Source: Escherichia coli (GTDB lineage: Bacteria > Pseudomonadota > Gammaproteobacteria > Enterobacterales > Enterobacteriaceae). From it: DNA of 64,000 nucleotides. The notes under the pieces are model-generated. The model did not search any database. It saw nothing but the letters and a program-made list of their open reading frames with translations, and was not told where the DNA came from. Below are positions 1-12,479 of the stretch, piece by piece (the first letter of the stretch is position 1; each line of letters starts with the position of its first letter). Made by a program: the position numbers and the translations under genes. The stretch is taken from assembly GCF_024298765.1 (NCBI RefSeq), contig NZ_CP101210.1; one strand, given 5' to 3'.

Positions 1-489
1 TGGAGGTTCTCACATCAGAAAGGACATCAACATACTGAGCAGAGAAGACTTTTAGATGGTAAAGCAAATGCGCTAGCAGGGCGAGTACATTGTCGATATT
101 GCGACTCAGGTTGGTTATTCTGAGCGAACTTGTGCCGGCAGACAGTCTGAAACCGCAGCCACTTATTCTTCCGGACCACAGGTAATCATATATGGCAAAC
201 TGTAATACAGTCTCTTGTACTGAAAAACAGAATCTGTATTCATATCAGCACAAGGGACCACCAAATCCCGGCAGCATTCCTTACGTCAGTTATCCCGCAT
301 CACCCTGTGAGTGAGTTTTTTTATGAGGTTACTTTTTCATTGAATATAAATAATGAATAACCGCAGATTCTGATAATCCTCCTCCAAGGAACAATCAGGT
401 AAACAGTAAATACATCAGTTAATACCATTTTGTCTTTTTAACAAAGAAAATATTCATGGAGTAAGTTCCCGGGCATTTGCCCGGGATGA

Positions 490-1755
490 TTACTGTTTTA
501 ATGGATTATTAATCTTTGCATATTCAAATGGACTGATAAATTTTTCTCTGTTTGCATCCAGAAAATCGGCCCACCATTGTAGCATCAAGCGGCGTTCTTC
601 CAGATGCTCTGCTTTATGGATATACGCGGCCCTCACTGAATTTCGCTCCATGTGGCTCATCTGACGTTCAACAGCATCACGAGACCACAAACCTGATTCG
701 ACCAATGAACTACAGGCCATTGTTCGAAAGCCATGACCACAAACCTCTACTTTTGTATCATACCCCATGACCCGTAACGCACTATTTACCGTATTCTCAC
801 TCATGGGTTTGTGCGAATCGTGATCACCAATAAATATCAAGTCATGGGCCCCACAAAACTGTTTTATCTGCTTTAAAATTGCAAGAGCTTGCGTTGAAAG
901 AGGCACTAGATGCGTTGTACGCATTTTTGAGCCTCTATGGGAATGTTTCACTCCAGGAATAGGCTCCCGCTCCGGTGGGATAGTCCATATAGACGCTTCG
1001 AAATCGATCTCTGACCAACGAGCAAAACGCAGCTCACTGGACCGAATAAAGATCAGCAAAGAGAGTTCTGTCGCCCATCGGGTTAGCGGCCTACCAGTAT
1101 AGCTATCTATTTTTGTAAGCAACTCAGGGATGCGCTTTAATTCAAGCGCGGGACGATGTTGTCGATTACAGGAAGCAACCGCCCCAGCCATCTCTTGTGC
1201 CGGGTTATAATCAATTAACCCACTTTGCACTGCATAGCGCATGATGGCTGTAGTGCGCTGCTGAAGACGAGCGGCCACTTCAAGACGTCCAGACATTTCT
1301 ACGGCCTTAATGGGTGCTAATAAATCTCGAGTTTTTAACTCAGCGATATTACGTTCACCAAGCGCTGCAAAAAGATTATCTTCCAGACTTTTTAGCACAC
1401 GATGGGCGTGATCTTCAGACCACTTTTTATTGGTGCCATGCCACTCAATCGCGACTTCTTTAAAGGTTCGTGCTTTACTCTGTTCAACCTTATCATTTTT
1501 CTTTTTGTCTCCCGGATCGACGCCATTCGCAAGCAGCTTACGCGCCTCGTCACGACGTACTCTGGCATCCGCTAGTGTGATTTCAGGATAAACCCCAAGT
1601 GCCAGCATTTTTTGCTTTCCCTCATAACGGTACTGCAAACGCCAGTACTTAGAACCATTTGGATGGACAAGCAGATGCATACCGCCACCATCAGTCAGCT
1701 TATATTGCTTATCCGTTGGCTTGGCTGCTCTGACTTTGATATCTGTTAATGCCAT
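490..1755 (-). CDS. P4-family tyrosine integrase (site-specific recombinase) adjacent to tRNA-Leu
   Basis: 421-aa ORF with ATG start; N-terminal MALTDIKVRAAKPT...WRLQYRYEGK and C-terminal integrase-like region are typical of P4-type integrases; lies directly downstream of the leuX 3' end on the same strand. Confidence 0.88.
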   Translation of the reverse strand: MALTDIKVRAAKPTDKQYKLTDGGGMHLLVHPNGSKYWRLQYRYEGKQKMLALGVYPEITLADARVRRDEARKLLANGVDPGDKKKNDKVEQSKARTFKEVAIEWHGTNKKWSEDHAHRVLKSLEDNLFAALGERNIAELKTRDLLAPIKAVEMSGRLEVAARLQQRTTAIMRYAVQSGLIDYNPAQEMAGAVASCNRQHRPALELKRIPELLTKIDSYTGRPLTRWATELSLLIFIRSSELRFARWSEIDFEASIWTIPPEREPIPGVKHSHRGSKMRTTHLVPLSTQALAILKQIKQFCGAHDLIFIGDHDSHKPMSENTVNSALRVMGYDTKVEVCGHGFRTMACSSLVESGLWSRDAVERQMSHMERNSVRAAYIHKAEHLEERRLMLQWWADFLDANREKFISPFEYAKINNPLKQ

Positions 1756-1902
1756 GCGTATTCCCTCCCTGTTGGTACAAGCATTATCGAACCGGAAATA
1801 CCATCATCTGTACCAACATATGTTGGTAGATGTACGTTGATATCGGTTGACCTTGAGAGAGTTAATATAGCGGGAAAGGTAGATAAACACTGGATTTCAG
1901 GC

Positions 1903-1928
1903 ATAAAAAAAGACCTCAGTTGAGGTCT
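1903..1928 (-). terminator. Rho-independent terminator downstream of leuX
   Basis: Hairpin agacctcaactgaggtct followed by a T-run on the minus strand, immediately 3' of the tRNA. Confidence 0.65.
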
Positions 1929-1941
1929 ATTTACATACTTT

Positions 1942-2026
1942 TGGTGCCGAAGGCCGGACTCGAACCGGCACGTATTTCTACGGTTGATTTTGAATCAACT
2001 GCGTCTACCGATTTCGCCACTTCGGC
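1942..2026 (-). tRNA. leuX: tRNA-Leu (anticodon CAA)
   Basis: Reverse complement reads GCCGAAGTGGCGAAATCGGTAGACGCAGTTGATTCAAAATCAACCGTAGAAATACGTGCCGGTTCGAGTCCGGCCTTCGGCACCA; cloverleaf with CAA anticodon and 3' CCA. Confidence 0.95.
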
Positions 2027-2221
2027 ACTGAAGAGGTATGCGGAAAACGTTGTGGATTATACCTGTCGCACGCCACCATGCAAGCGCCAGCTTGCTCGCA
2101 CCTCGCTAAGTGCTGAAATTTTCAGCATTGCATACAGCGATGTGTAACCTTTGTCACACTCCAGGCACCCCGCCCTGCCATGCTCTACACTTCCCAGACA
2201 ACACCAGAGAAGGACCAAAAA

Positions 2222-3241
2222 ATGTCGATGATAAAAAGCTATGCCGCAAAAGAAGCGGGCGGCGAACTGGAAGTTTATGAGTACGATCCCGGTGAGCTGA
2301 AGCCACAAGATGTTGAAGTGCAGGTGGATTACTGCGGGATTTGTCATTCCGATCTGTCGATGATCGATAACGAATGGGGATTTTCACAATATCCACTGGT
2401 TGCCGGGCATGAGGTGATTGGTCGCGTGGTGGCGCTCGGGAGTGCCGCACAGGATAAAGGTTTGCAGGTCGGTCAGCGTGTCGGGATTGGCTGGACGGCA
2501 CGCAGCTGCGGGCATTGCGATGCCTGTATTAGCGGTAATCAGATCAACTGCGAGCAAGGTGCGGTGCCGACGATTATGAATCGCGGTGGCTTTGCCGAGA
2601 AGTTGCGTGCGGACTGGCAATGGGTGATTCCACTGCCAGAAAATATCGACATTGAATCTGCCGGACCGCTGTTGTGCGGCGGTATCACGGTCTTTAAACC
2701 GCTGTTGATGCACCATATCACTGCCACCAGCCGCGTTGGGGTAATTGGTATTGGCGGGCTGGGGCATATCGCTATAAAACTTCTGCACGCAATGGGATGC
2801 GAGGTGACAGCCTTTAGTTCTAATCCAGCGAAAGAGCAAGAAGTGCTGGCGATGGGTGCCGATAAAGTGGTGAATAGCCGCGATCCACAGGCACTGAAAG
2901 CACTGGCGGGGCAGTTTGATCTCATTATCAACACCGTCAACGTCAGCCTCGACTGGCAGCCTTATTTTGAGGCGCTGACGTATGGCGGTAATTTCCATAC
3001 GGTCGGTGCAGTTCTCACGCCCTTGCCGGTTCCGGCCTTTACGCTGATTGCGGGCGACCGCAGCGTCTCTGGCTCTGCTACTGGCACGCCTTATGAGTTG
3101 CGTAAGCTGATGCGCTTTGCCGCCCGCAGCAAGGTTGCGCCGACCACCGAACTGTTCCCGATGTCGAAAATTAACGACGCCATCCAGCATGTGCGGGATG
3201 GTAAGGCGCGTTATCGCGTGGTTCTGAAAGCCGACTTCTGA
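2222..3241 (+). CDS. ahr: Zn-dependent NADPH aldehyde reductase / alcohol dehydrogenase
   Basis: [26 protein letters not shown]...[10 protein letters not shown] zinc-ADH motif; 339 aa from the internal Met of ORF 2180..3241; synteny next to leuX. Confidence 0.92.
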   Translation: MSMIKSYAAKEAGGELEVYEYDPGELKPQDVEVQVDYCGICHSDLSMIDNEWGFSQYPLVAGHEVIGRVVALGSAAQDKGLQVGQRVGIGWTARSCGHCDACISGNQINCEQGAVPTIMNRGGFAEKLRADWQWVIPLPENIDIESAGPLLCGGITVFKPLLMHHITATSRVGVIGIGGLGHIAIKLLHAMGCEVTAFSSNPAKEQEVLAMGADKVVNSRDPQALKALAGQFDLIINTVNVSLDWQPYFEALTYGGNFHTVGAVLTPLPVPAFTLIAGDRSVSGSATGTPYELRKLMRFAARSKVAPTTELFPMSKINDAIQHVRDGKARYRVVLKADF

Positions 3242-3370
3242 TCCCTTTGCCGGGTGCCTGTCGCCCGGCACTTAAATCTCTTTGGAAGGCGTCTCGCAAT
3301 CTGCTGAATTTAGCGGTGAAGAGTGCGCAGCCGTTGCCTATACTCCAGGCAGGAAACTGGAGGAAATCTC

Positions 3371-4873
3371 ATGAGCGAACCCCTGTTAATTGCCCGCACG
3401 CCGGACACAGAACTTTTTTTACTGCCGGGAATGGCTAACCGTCACGGGCTGATTACTGGCGCAACGGGGACGGGTAAAACCGTTACGCTGCAAAAACTGG
3501 CAGAGTCTCTATCTGAAATCGGCGTGCCGGTGTTTATGGCCGATGTGAAAGGTGATTTAACGGGAGTAGCGGAGGAAGGTACTTCTTCGGAAAAACTGCT
3601 CGCAAGGCTTAAAAATATCGGCGTAAATGACTGGCAACCTCATGCTAATCCGGTGGTGGTGTGGGATATCTTTGGCGAGAAAGGCCATCCGGTGCGGGCG
3701 ACGGTTTCGGATCTTGGGCCGCTGTTGCTGGCACGACTGTTGAATCTCAACGATGTGCAATCTGGCGTGCTGAATATCATTTTCCGCATTGCTGACGATC
3801 AGGGATTGTTGCTGCTCGACTTTAAAGATTTGCGGGCGATTACCCAGTACATCGGCGATAACGCCAAATCCTTCCAGAATCAGTACGGAAATATCAGTAG
3901 CGCATCGGTTGGTGCCATCCAGCGCGGATTACTGTCGCTGGAACAGCAAGGCGCAGCACACTTCTTTGGTGAGCCGATGCTGGATATCAAAGACTGGATG
4001 CGCACCGATGCCAACGGTAAAGGCGTTATCAATATCCTCAGCGCCGAGAAACTTTATCAGATGCCGAAACTGTACGCCGCCAGCCTGCTGTGGATGCTTT
4101 CAGAGTTATATGAACAATTGCCTGAAGCGGGCGATCTGGAGAAACCAAAACTGGTGTTTTTCTTCGACGAAGCACATCTGCTGTTTAACGATGCACCGCA
4201 GGTACTGCTGGATAAGATTGAGCAGGTGATAAGGCTTATCCGCTCGAAAGGCGTGGGCGTCTGGTTCGTTTCGCAAAACCCGTCAGATATTCCGGATAAC
4301 GTGCTCGGGCAGCTCGGTAATCGCGTTCAACACGCTTTGCGGGCTTTTACGCCCAAAGATCAGAAAGCAGTAAAAGCTGCGGCGCAAACCATGCGGGCCA
4401 ATCCGGCGTTTGATACCGAAAAGGCAATCCAGGAACTGGGGATCGGCGAGGCGTTAATCTCGTTTCTCGATGCGAAAGGAAGCCCTTCAGTGGTGGAACG
4501 GGCGATGGTGATTGCCCCCTGTTCACGAATGGGGCCGGTGACGGAAGATGAGCGTAATGGCTTGATTAATCACTCCCCGGTGTATGGCAAGTACGAGGAT
4601 GACGTGGATCGGGAATCCGCCTATGAGATGTTGCAAAAAGGCTTTCAGGCCAGTACCGAGCAGCAAAATAATCCTCCCGCGAAAGGGAAAGAGGTGGCGG
4701 TGGATGACGGTATTCTTGGTGGATTGAAGGATATTTTGTTTGGCACTACCGGACCACGCGGCGGGAAGAAAGATGGTGTGGTGCAAACAATGGCGAAAAG
4801 CGCCGCCCGCCAGGTGACGAATCAGATTGTGCGTGGGATGTTGGGGAGTTTGCTGGGGGGGAGAAAAAGGTAA
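3371..4873 (+). CDS. yjgR: HerA-like P-loop ATPase, DUF853 family
   Basis: [37 protein letters not shown]alker A motif; 500 aa from the internal Met of ORF 3323..4873. Confidence 0.88.
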   Translation: MSEPLLIARTPDTELFLLPGMANRHGLITGATGTGKTVTLQKLAESLSEIGVPVFMADVKGDLTGVAEEGTSSEKLLARLKNIGVNDWQPHANPVVVWDIFGEKGHPVRATVSDLGPLLLARLLNLNDVQSGVLNIIFRIADDQGLLLLDFKDLRAITQYIGDNAKSFQNQYGNISSASVGAIQRGLLSLEQQGAAHFFGEPMLDIKDWMRTDANGKGVINILSAEKLYQMPKLYAASLLWMLSELYEQLPEAGDLEKPKLVFFFDEAHLLFNDAPQVLLDKIEQVIRLIRSKGVGVWFVSQNPSDIPDNVLGQLGNRVQHALRAFTPKDQKAVKAAAQTMRANPAFDTEKAIQELGIGEALISFLDAKGSPSVVERAMVIAPCSRMGPVTEDERNGLINHSPVYGKYEDDVDRESAYEMLQKGFQASTEQQNNPPAKGKEVAVDDGILGGLKDILFGTTGPRGGKKDGVVQTMAKSAARQVTNQIVRGMLGSLLGGRKR

Positions 4874-5033
4874 GTCAGGTGCGATTTGTCTTTGCCTGAT
4901 GCGACGCTGGCGCGCTTTATCATGCCTAAACTACTGCAATATATTGAATTTTCATGATTTTTCAGGCATGAACGAAGCACACTTTGCTAACAATAATAAA
5001 GGGAGCTTTCGCTCCCTTTATTCGTTCATCAGG

Positions 5034-6116
5034 TTACGATTTTCTCATTAACAGCCACAGGCTGATTAAGAAGAAGCTGGCGCTTGGCAGCAACGCGCCG
5101 ATAATCGGCGGGATGCCGTAAACCAATGTCAGCGGGCCGAAGATCTGGTCCAGTACGTAGAAGACAAAACCGAAGCTGATACCGGTGACCACACGCACGC
5201 CCATCGGTACGCTACGCAGTGGGCCAAAGATAAACGACAGCGCCATCAGCATCATCACCGCCACGGATAGAGGCTGGAAGATTTTGCTCCACATGTTGAG
5301 TTGATAACGTCCGGCATCCTGACCGCTCGACTTTAGATACTTCACATAGTTGTGCAAACCACTGATGGAGAGTGCATCCGGGTCCAGCGCCACCACGCCC
5401 AGTTTGTCTGGCGTGAGGTTGGTTTTCCAGGTGCCGCTCACCGTCTGCGAACCGGTGATCTGTTTCGGATTGGTCAGATCAGATTCATCAACCTGCGACA
5501 GACGCCAGACTTTATGTTCCGGGTCAAACTTCGCGGTAGCGGCATAGCGTACGGATTGCAGACGACGATTCTCGTTAAAGGCATAAATACTGATGCCACC
5601 TAACTCTTCGTCACCTTTAACCCGCTCAATGTAGACGAAGTTGTTGCCATCTTTCGCCCATAAGCCTTGCTGAGTGGAGAGTAACGAGCCGCCGTACATC
5701 GCCTGGGCACGGTAGTTACGCGCCATCTGCTCGCCCTGCGGCGCGACCCATTCACCAATCGCCATCGTCAGTAAGACCAGCGGAATGGCGGTTTTCATCA
5801 CCGACAGCGCCACCTGCATACGGGTAAAACCAGAAGCCTGCATCACCACCAGTTCGCTGCGCTGCGCCAGCATCCCAAGACCAAGCAACGCCCCAAGCAG
5901 AGCCGCCATCGGGAAGAAGATCTGCACATCTTTCGGCACGCTCAGCAAGGTATACATTCCTGCGCCTAACGCGTCGTAACTCCCCTGCCCGGCTTTTTTC
6001 AGCTGATCGACAAATTTGATAATGCCCGACAGCGACACCAGCATGAACAGCGTCATCATGATGGTGGTAAAAATAGTTTTACCGATATAGCGGTCAAGTA
6101 CGCCAAAAGGTTGCAT
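5034..6116 (-). CDS. lptG: LPS export ABC permease LptG
   Basis: MQPFGVLDRYIGKTIFTTIMMTLFMLVSL...; 360 aa; overlaps the lptF stop. Confidence 0.93.
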   Translation of the reverse strand: MQPFGVLDRYIGKTIFTTIMMTLFMLVSLSGIIKFVDQLKKAGQGSYDALGAGMYTLLSVPKDVQIFFPMAALLGALLGLGMLAQRSELVVMQASGFTRMQVALSVMKTAIPLVLLTMAIGEWVAPQGEQMARNYRAQAMYGGSLLSTQQGLWAKDGNNFVYIERVKGDEELGGISIYAFNENRRLQSVRYAATAKFDPEHKVWRLSQVDESDLTNPKQITGSQTVSGTWKTNLTPDKLGVVALDPDALSISGLHNYVKYLKSSGQDAGRYQLNMWSKIFQPLSVAVMMLMALSFIFGPLRSVPMGVRVVTGISFGFVFYVLDQIFGPLTLVYGIPPIIGALLPSASFFLISLWLLMRKS

Positions 6117-7216
6117 CACACCGCTCCTTTACGCGAAAAACTGGCACGCAGGCGGCGGACCGGCACGGTGTCCCAAAGGTTGAGAACAATCGCCAAAGCC
6201 AGATAAATCAGGTTAACGGTCCACATCCACAGTGTCGGGTCCAGCTTACCTTTACCGCCGTTCGATTTCAGGGAGGTCTGGATCAGGAAGAAAAGTAGAT
6301 ACAGCAGCATGGCTGGCAGCATCGACAGTACGCGTCCCTGACGTGGGTTAACCACGCTCAGCGGTACGACCATAAGTGCCATCATAAACACGGTGAATAC
6401 CAACGTGATACGCCAGTTCAGTTCTGCGCGAGCACGATCGGTGTCAGTGTTCCACAATGTGCGCATGTCCATCTGGTCGGTATCGTTCGGGTCGAGCGCC
6501 ACCGCCTGGTGACCAATGATCGCCTGATAATCCTGGAAGTCCGTAATGCGGAAATCGCGTAACAGTGCAGTGCCTTCGAAGCGCGTTCCCTGGTTGAGAG
6601 TGACGACCTGGGAGCCGTCGCGCAGCTGGGTTAAATGTCCGGAATCGGCCACCACCACAGAAGGACGTGCATTACCTTTTGGTCGAATTTGTGCGAGGAA
6701 CACATCTTTGAAATCGCTGCCGTCAACGCTTTCGATGAACAGCACCGAGCTGCCATTAGTCGCTTGCTGGAATTGCCCTTGCGCCAGCGCCGCCATGCCA
6801 GGGTTCGCTTTCGCTTCTGCTAACACTTCATCCTGATGACGCGATGACCACGGTCCCGCCCACATCACGTTAACCGCCGCGACGATTGCCGTGAATACCG
6901 CAAGGATCATTGCCGCTTTCACCAGAACCGCTTTGCTCAGGCCGCAGGCATGCATTACCGTAATTTCACTTTCGGTATACAGTTTGCCCAGCGTCATCAG
7001 CAGCCCGAGGAACAGGCTTAATGGCAGGATAAGCTGCGCCATTTCCGGCACGCCCAACCCGAGAAGGGAGAGCACCAGATTCGCCGGAATATCGCCGTCA
7101 ACCGCTGCGCCGAGGATCCTCACTAACTTTTGACAGAAGAAGATCAAAAGCAAGATGAAGAGTATCGCCAGCTGGCTTTTGAGCGTCTCCCGCACCAGAT
7201 ATCTTATGATTATCAC
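6116..7216 (-). CDS. lptF: LPS export ABC permease LptF
   Basis: MIIIRYLVRETLKSQLAILFILLLIFF...; 366 aa with GTG start; divergent from pepA. Confidence 0.93.
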   Translation of the reverse strand: MIIIRYLVRETLKSQLAILFILLLIFFCQKLVRILGAAVDGDIPANLVLSLLGLGVPEMAQLILPLSLFLGLLMTLGKLYTESEITVMHACGLSKAVLVKAAMILAVFTAIVAAVNVMWAGPWSSRHQDEVLAEAKANPGMAALAQGQFQQATNGSSVLFIESVDGSDFKDVFLAQIRPKGNARPSVVVADSGHLTQLRDGSQVVTLNQGTRFEGTALLRDFRITDFQDYQAIIGHQAVALDPNDTDQMDMRTLWNTDTDRARAELNWRITLVFTVFMMALMVVPLSVVNPRQGRVLSMLPAMLLYLLFFLIQTSLKSNGGKGKLDPTLWMWTVNLIYLALAIVLNLWDTVPVRRLRASFSRKGAV

Positions 7217-7479
7217 TTTAAATACGCCCGTAAAAACTCGTCTTTTGCAGGATTTTAGCTTGTTTCATGGCTTAAACGTCATTTATTCTCTTGAGTCGTC
7301 GAAATCGTCGCTAAGATAATTATACTCAACGGATTCACCTCTCAGATTTTGTTCTGACGTGCCAATGCCGTAATAACGTTAAGATTAACACGAAGTCATC
7401 GCAACAGCGGACATGAGTTACGAAAGCTTGCAATTCTATCTGTAGCCACCGCCGTTGTCTTTAAGATTCAGGAGCGTAG

Positions 7480-8994
<1,515 letters not shown>

Positions 8995-9127
8995 GTTTGC
9001 GTTTTACCCTCACCCTAACCCTCTCCCTAAGGGAGAGGGAACCGATCGAGCGCAATAGAAATTCATTGCTCATCTTTCAGGGTGAGGAATGCAGCAATAT
9101 TTAAATCCACCACAAGAAGCCCCATAT

Positions 9128-9571
9128 ATGAAAAACGCAACGTTCTACCTTCTGGACAATGACACCACCGTCGATGGCTTAAGCGCCGTTGAGCAGTTGG
9201 TGTGTGAAATTGCCGCAGAACGTTGGCGCAGTGGTAAGCGCGTACTCATCGCCTGTGAAGATGAAAAGCAGGCTTACCGACTGGATGAAGCCCTGTGGGC
9301 ACGTCCGGCAGAAAGCTTTGTTCCGCATAATTTAGCGGGAGAAGGACCGCGCGGCGGTGCGCCGGTGGAGATCGCCTGGCCGCAAAAACGCAGCAGCAGC
9401 CCGCGCGATATATTGATTAGTCTGCGAACAAGCTTTGCAGATTTTGCCACCGCTTTCACAGAAGTGGTAGACTTCGTTCCTTATGAAGATTCTCTGAAAC
9501 AACTGGCGCGCGAACGCTATAAAGCCTACCGCGTGGCTGGTTTCAACCTGAATACGGCAACCTGGAAATAA
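9128..9571 (+). CDS. holC: DNA polymerase III chi subunit
   Basis: [40 protein letters not shown]; 147 aa from internal Met; stop overlaps the valS ATG. Confidence 0.9.
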   Translation: MKNATFYLLDNDTTVDGLSAVEQLVCEIAAERWRSGKRVLIACEDEKQAYRLDEALWARPAESFVPHNLAGEGPRGGAPVEIAWPQKRSSSPRDILISLRTSFADFATAFTEVVDFVPYEDSLKQLARERYKAYRVAGFNLNTATWK

Positions 9572-12426
9572 TGGAAAAGACATACAACCCACAAGATATC
9601 GAACAGCCGCTTTACGAGCACTGGGAAAAGCAGGGCTACTTTAAGCCTAATGGCGATGAAAGCCAGGAAAGTTTCTGCATCATGATCCCGCCGCCGAATG
9701 TCACCGGCAGTTTGCATATGGGTCACGCCTTCCAGCAAACCATCATGGATACCATGATCCGCTATCAGCGCATGCAGGGCAAAAACACCCTGTGGCAGGT
9801 CGGTACTGACCACGCCGGGATCGCTACCCAGATGGTCGTTGAGCGCAAGATTGCCGCAGAAGAAGGTAAAACCCGTCACGACTACGGCCGCGAAGCTTTC
9901 ATTGACAAAATCTGGGAATGGAAAGCGGAATCCGGCGGCACCATTACCCGTCAGATGCGCCGTCTCGGCAACTCCGTCGACTGGGAGCGTGAACGCTTCA
10001 CCATGGACGAAGGCCTGTCCAATGCGGTGAAAGAAGTTTTCGTTCGTCTGTATAAAGAAGACCTGATTTACCGTGGCAAACGCCTGGTAAACTGGGACCC
10101 GAAACTGCGTACCGCTATCTCTGACCTGGAAGTGGAAAACCGCGAATCGAAAGGTTCGATGTGGCACATCCGCTATCCGCTGGCTGACGGCGCGAAAACC
10201 GCAGACGGTAAAGATTATCTGGTGGTTGCGACCACTCGCCCGGAAACCCTGCTGGGCGATACCGGCGTGGCCGTTAACCCGGAAGATCCGCGTTACAAAG
10301 ATCTGATTGGCAAATATGTCATTCTACCGCTGGTTAACCGTCGTATTCCGATCGTTGGCGACGAACACGCCGACATGGAAAAAGGCACCGGCTGCGTGAA
10401 GATCACCCCAGCGCACGACTTTAACGACTATGAAGTCGGTAAACGTCACGCCCTGCCGATGATCAACATCCTGACCTTTGACGGCGATATCCGTGAAAGC
10501 GCCCAGGTGTTCGATACCAAAGGTAACGAATCTGACGTTTATTCCAGCGAAATCCCGGCAGAGTTCCAGAAACTGGAGCGTTTTGCTGCACGTAAAGCCG
10601 TCGTTGCTGCGGTTGACGCGCTCGGCCTGCTGGAAGAAATTAAACCGCACGACCTGACCGTTCCTTATGGCGACCGTGGTGGCGTGGTTATCGAACCGAT
10701 GCTGACCGACCAGTGGTACGTACGTGCCGATGTACTGGCGAAACCGGCAGTTGAAGCGGTTGAGAATGGCGACATTCAGTTCGTACCGAAGCAGTACGAA
10801 AACATGTATTTCTCCTGGATGCGCGATATTCAGGACTGGTGTATCTCTCGTCAGCTATGGTGGGGTCACCGTATCCCGGCATGGTATGACGAAGCGGGTA
10901 ATGTTTATGTTGGCCGCAACGAAGACGAAGTGCGCAAGGAAAATAACCTCGGTGCCGACGTTGCCCTGCGTCAGGACGAAGACGTTCTCGACACCTGGTT
11001 CTCTTCTGCGCTGTGGACCTTCTCTACCCTTGGCTGGCCGGAAAATACCGACGCACTGCGCCAGTTCCACCCAACCAGCGTGATGGTATCTGGTTTCGAC
11101 ATCATCTTCTTCTGGATTGCCCGCATGATCATGATGACTATGCACTTCATCAAAGATGAAAATGGCAAACCGCAGGTGCCGTTCCACACTGTTTACATGA
11201 CCGGTCTGATTCGTGACGACGAAGGCCAGAAGATGTCCAAATCCAAGGGTAACGTTATCGACCCGCTGGATATGGTTGACGGTATTTCGCTGCCAGAACT
11301 GCTGGAAAAACGTACCGGCAATATGATGCAGCCGCAGCTGGCGGACAAAATCCGTAAGCGCACCGAGAAACAGTTCCCGAACGGCATTAAGCCGCACGGC
11401 ACCGATGCCCTGCGCTTCACCCTGGCGGCGCTGGCGTCTACCGGTCGTGACATCAACTGGGATATGAAGCGCCTGGAAGGTTACCGTAACTTCTGTAACA
11501 AGCTGTGGAACGCCAGCCGCTTTGTGCTGATGAACACAGAAGATCAGGATTGCGGCTTCAACGGCGGCGAAATGACGCTATCGCTGGCGGACCGCTGGAT
11601 TCTGGCGGAGTTCAACCAGACCATCAAAGCGTACCGCGAAGCGCTGGACAGCTTCCGCTTCGATATCGCCGCAGGCATTTTGTATGAGTTCACCTGGAAC
11701 CAGTTCTGTGACTGGTATCTGGAGCTGACCAAGCCGGTAATGAACGGTGGAACAGAAGCCGAACTGCGCGGTACTCGCCATACGCTGGTGACTGTACTGG
11801 AAGGTCTGCTGCGCCTCGCGCATCCGATCATTCCGTTCATCACCGAAACCATCTGGCAGCGTGTGAAAGTACTTTGCGGTATCACTGCCGACACCATCAT
11901 GCTGCAACCGTTCCCGCAGTACGATGCATCTCAGGTTGATGAAGCCGCACTGGCTGATACCGAGTGGCTGAAGCAGGCGATCATTGCGGTACGTAACATC
12001 CGTGCAGAAATGAACATCGCGCCGGGCAAACCGCTGGAGCTGTTGCTTCGTGGTTGCAGCGCGGATGCAGAGCGTCGCGTAAATGAAAACCGTGGCTTCC
12101 TGCAAACGCTGGCGCGTCTGGAAAGCATCACCGTGCTGCCTGCCGATGACAAAGGTCCGGTTTCCGTTACCAAGATCATCGACGGCGCAGAGCTGCTGAT
12201 CCCGATGGCTGGCCTCATCAACAAAGAAGATGAGCTGGCGCGCCTGGCGAAAGAAGTGGCGAAGATCGAAGGTGAAATCAGCCGCATCGAGAACAAGCTG
12301 GCAAATGAAGGCTTTGTCGCCCGCGCACCGGAAGCGGTTATCGCGAAAGAGCGTGAGAAGCTGGAAGGTTATGCAGAAGCGAAAGCCAAGCTGATTGAAC
12401 AGCAGGCTGTTATCGCCGCACTGTAA
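9571..12426 (+). CDS. valS: Valine--tRNA ligase
   Basis: 951 aa; HIGH motif ([12 protein letters not shown]) and KMSKS motif; C-terminal coiled-coil. Confidence 0.97.
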   Translation: MEKTYNPQDIEQPLYEHWEKQGYFKPNGDESQESFCIMIPPPNVTGSLHMGHAFQQTIMDTMIRYQRMQGKNTLWQVGTDHAGIATQMVVERKIAAEEGKTRHDYGREAFIDKIWEWKAESGGTITRQMRRLGNSVDWERERFTMDEGLSNAVKEVFVRLYKEDLIYRGKRLVNWDPKLRTAISDLEVENRESKGSMWHIRYPLADGAKTADGKDYLVVATTRPETLLGDTGVAVNPEDPRYKDLIGKYVILPLVNRRIPIVGDEHADMEKGTGCVKITPAHDFNDYEVGKRHALPMINILTFDGDIRESAQVFDTKGNESDVYSSEIPAEFQKLERFAARKAVVAAVDALGLLEEIKPHDLTVPYGDRGGVVIEPMLTDQWYVRADVLAKPAVEAVENGDIQFVPKQYENMYFSWMRDIQDWCISRQLWWGHRIPAWYDEAGNVYVGRNEDEVRKENNLGADVALRQDEDVLDTWFSSALWTFSTLGWPENTDALRQFHPTSVMVSGFDIIFFWIARMIMMTMHFIKDENGKPQVPFHTVYMTGLIRDDEGQKMSKSKGNVIDPLDMVDGISLPELLEKRTGNMMQPQLADKIRKRTEKQFPNGIKPHGTDALRFTLAALASTGRDINWDMKRLEGYRNFCNKLWNASRFVLMNTEDQDCGFNGGEMTLSLADRWILAEFNQTIKAYREALDSFRFDIAAGILYEFTWNQFCDWYLELTKPVMNGGTEAELRGTRHTLVTVLEGLLRLAHPIIPFITETIWQRVKVLCGITADTIMLQPFPQYDASQVDEAALADTEWLKQAIIAVRNIRAEMNIAPGKPLELLLRGCSADAERRVNENRGFLQTLARLESITVLPADDKGPVSVTKIIDGAELLIPMAGLINKEDELARLAKEVAKIEGEISRIENKLANEGFVARAPEAVIAKEREKLEGYAEAKAKLIEQQAVIAAL

Positions 12427-12448
12427 TCAACACAGTGATGAAAACGAA

Positions 12449-12474
12449 GGCCGGAGCATGCTCCGGCCTTTTTT
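12449..12474. terminator. Bidirectional terminator between convergent valS and yjgN
   Basis: Hairpin aggccggagcatgctccggcct flanked by T-runs. Confidence 0.6.
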
Positions 12475-12479
12475 ATCTC

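Noticed and set aside
1920-2147. 75-aa plus-strand ORF overlapping leuX
   Set aside because: Overlaps the tRNA-Leu gene and its promoter; an artefact of ORF calling across a structured RNA gene.
2384-3271. 295-aa minus-strand ORF (with nested 2154-2501 and 2539-2940 ORFs) antisense to ahr
   Set aside because: Fully overlaps a well-supported conserved gene on the other strand; it is a GC-rich shadow frame with no ribosome-binding site.
9001-9085. Nested palindromes after pepA (ccctctccctaagggagaggg, ccctcaccct...agggtgagg) as a possible mobile element end
   Set aside because: Sits exactly at the pepA 3' end where a terminator is expected, and no transposase or target duplication is present; most simply a terminator with extended stems.
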